Made by a program: the position numbers and the translations under genes. A DNA stretch of 64,000 bases from an uncultured Methanomicrobiales archaeon (lineage in GTDB: Archaea; Halobacteriota; Methanomicrobia; Methanomicrobiales; Methanospirillaceae): NCBI GenBank assembly GCA_963697895.1, contig OY969100.1:416001-480000 (forward strand), written 5' to 3'. Every line of letters starts with the position of its first letter. Within the stretch, counting starts at the first letter, position 1. The notes beneath the pieces were generated by a model. The model worked only from the letters and a program-made list of their open reading frames with translations. It was not told the DNA's origin and did no database searches. Shown here piece by piece: positions 63,180 through 64,000 of the stretch.

Positions 63180-64000
63180 ATGGTTGTGGGAGATTATTAC
63201 GAGATCCTCGGCGTACAGAGAAACGCAGACGAAAAAGAGATACGAAAAGCCTACCGGAATCTCGCACGGAAATATCACCCCGATGTCTGCAAGGAGGCCG
63301 GGTCGGAAAGCCGGTTCAAAGAGATCAATGAGGCGTACGGGGTGCTTTCTGATGTTCAGAAGAGGGCCCAGTATGATAAGCTCGGGCACGAGACCTTTAC
63401 CAGTGCCTCAAAGGGCGCTTACACCGGTGGAGGAGGATTCGGTGGAGGAGGATTCTCCTCAGATTTCAGTGGTTTCGGAGATATATTCGATTTCTTCGGG
63501 GGAGCGTTCGGCGGTCAACAACGCTACCAGGGTCCAAATCCCGGTAGCGATCTCCTGATGCAGATCCAGATCTCCCTTGAAGAGGCGGTCTCGGGCATCG
63601 ACCGGGAGATAGAGGTCGTTCATACGGAGGCTTGCCCGGCCTGCAACGGTACCGGGAGCGAGACTAAGAAGCTTACGAATTGCCCCAGGTGCGGCGGTAC
63701 TGGTCAGATACGACAGATGAACCAGTCTGTCTTCGGTCAGTTCGTGAGGATGAGCATATGTACAGAATGTCAGGGGAGAGGAAAAGTACCGGAACGCCGG
63801 TGTGGGAATTGTCGGGGAACAGGTCACACCCGGGTAAAACGAAATATTAACGTTCATATACCGGCCGGAATAGATTCTGGAATGCGACTCCGTATGGAGG
63901 GGTATGGCGATGCGGGAGATTACGGAGCCCCGAAGGGAGATCTGTTCATTGAGGTGCATGTCCGGCCGCACCCCCGCTTTGTGCGTCATGGCGATAACCT
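63180..64000 (+). CDS. dnaJ: Chaperone DnaJ, truncated by window end
   Basis: Translated by hand from ATG 63180: DYYEILGV...KYHPD, G/F-rich region, CPACNGTG, CPRCGGTG, CTECQGRG, CGNCRGTG. Confidence 0.96.
   Translation, partial: MVVGDYYEILGVQRNADEKEIRKAYRNLARKYHPDVCKEAGSESRFKEINEAYGVLSDVQKRAQYDKLGHETFTSASKGAYTGGGGFGGGGFSSDFSGFGDIFDFFGGAFGGQQRYQGPNPGSDLLMQIQISLEEAVSGIDREIEVVHTEACPACNGTGSETKKLTNCPRCGGTGQIRQMNQSVFGQFVRMSICTECQGRGKVPERRCGNCRGTGHTRVKRNINVHIPAGIDSGMRLRMEGYGDAGDYGAPKGDLFIEVHVRPHPRFVRHGDN

Overview
Archaeal chromosomal DNA, most likely from a Methanomicrobiales methanogen (Methanoregula/Methanolinea-like). The evidence is an A1A0 ATP synthase operon, thermosome, aIF-1A, membrane LonB, NOB1, GfcR, TATA-type promoters and grpE-dnaK-dnaJ. 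I saw no rRNA, CRISPR array, transposase or integrase; there is one tRNA-Ser(CGA). At least nine single-base frameshifts break otherwise intact genes (atpA, atpC, atpE, rtcA, ilvB twice, others). These look like uncorrected long-read indels, and six lie at or next to AGCT. Main points of interest: (1) a bacterial-type acsB-acsD-acsC-RACo-core methionine synthase (MesB-like)-cooC operon with no CODH or AcsE in the visible part, resembling an acetyl-CoA-cleaving methyl supply for methionine; (2) cimA has no in-frame start codon and is overlapped by a 7-codon leader ending Ile-Leu-stop, a candidate for amino-acid-sensing +1 frameshifting; (3) a membrane PAS/GHKL sensor with a degenerate H-box, apparently fused to a GNAT acetyltransferase; (4) an archaeal Ku plus LigD-polymerase pair; (5) two candidate cis-elements, a palindrome shared by both halves of a convergent liv locus and a motif shared by the thermosome and grpE promoters. 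All functional calls come from motif recognition by eye; no database searches were run.
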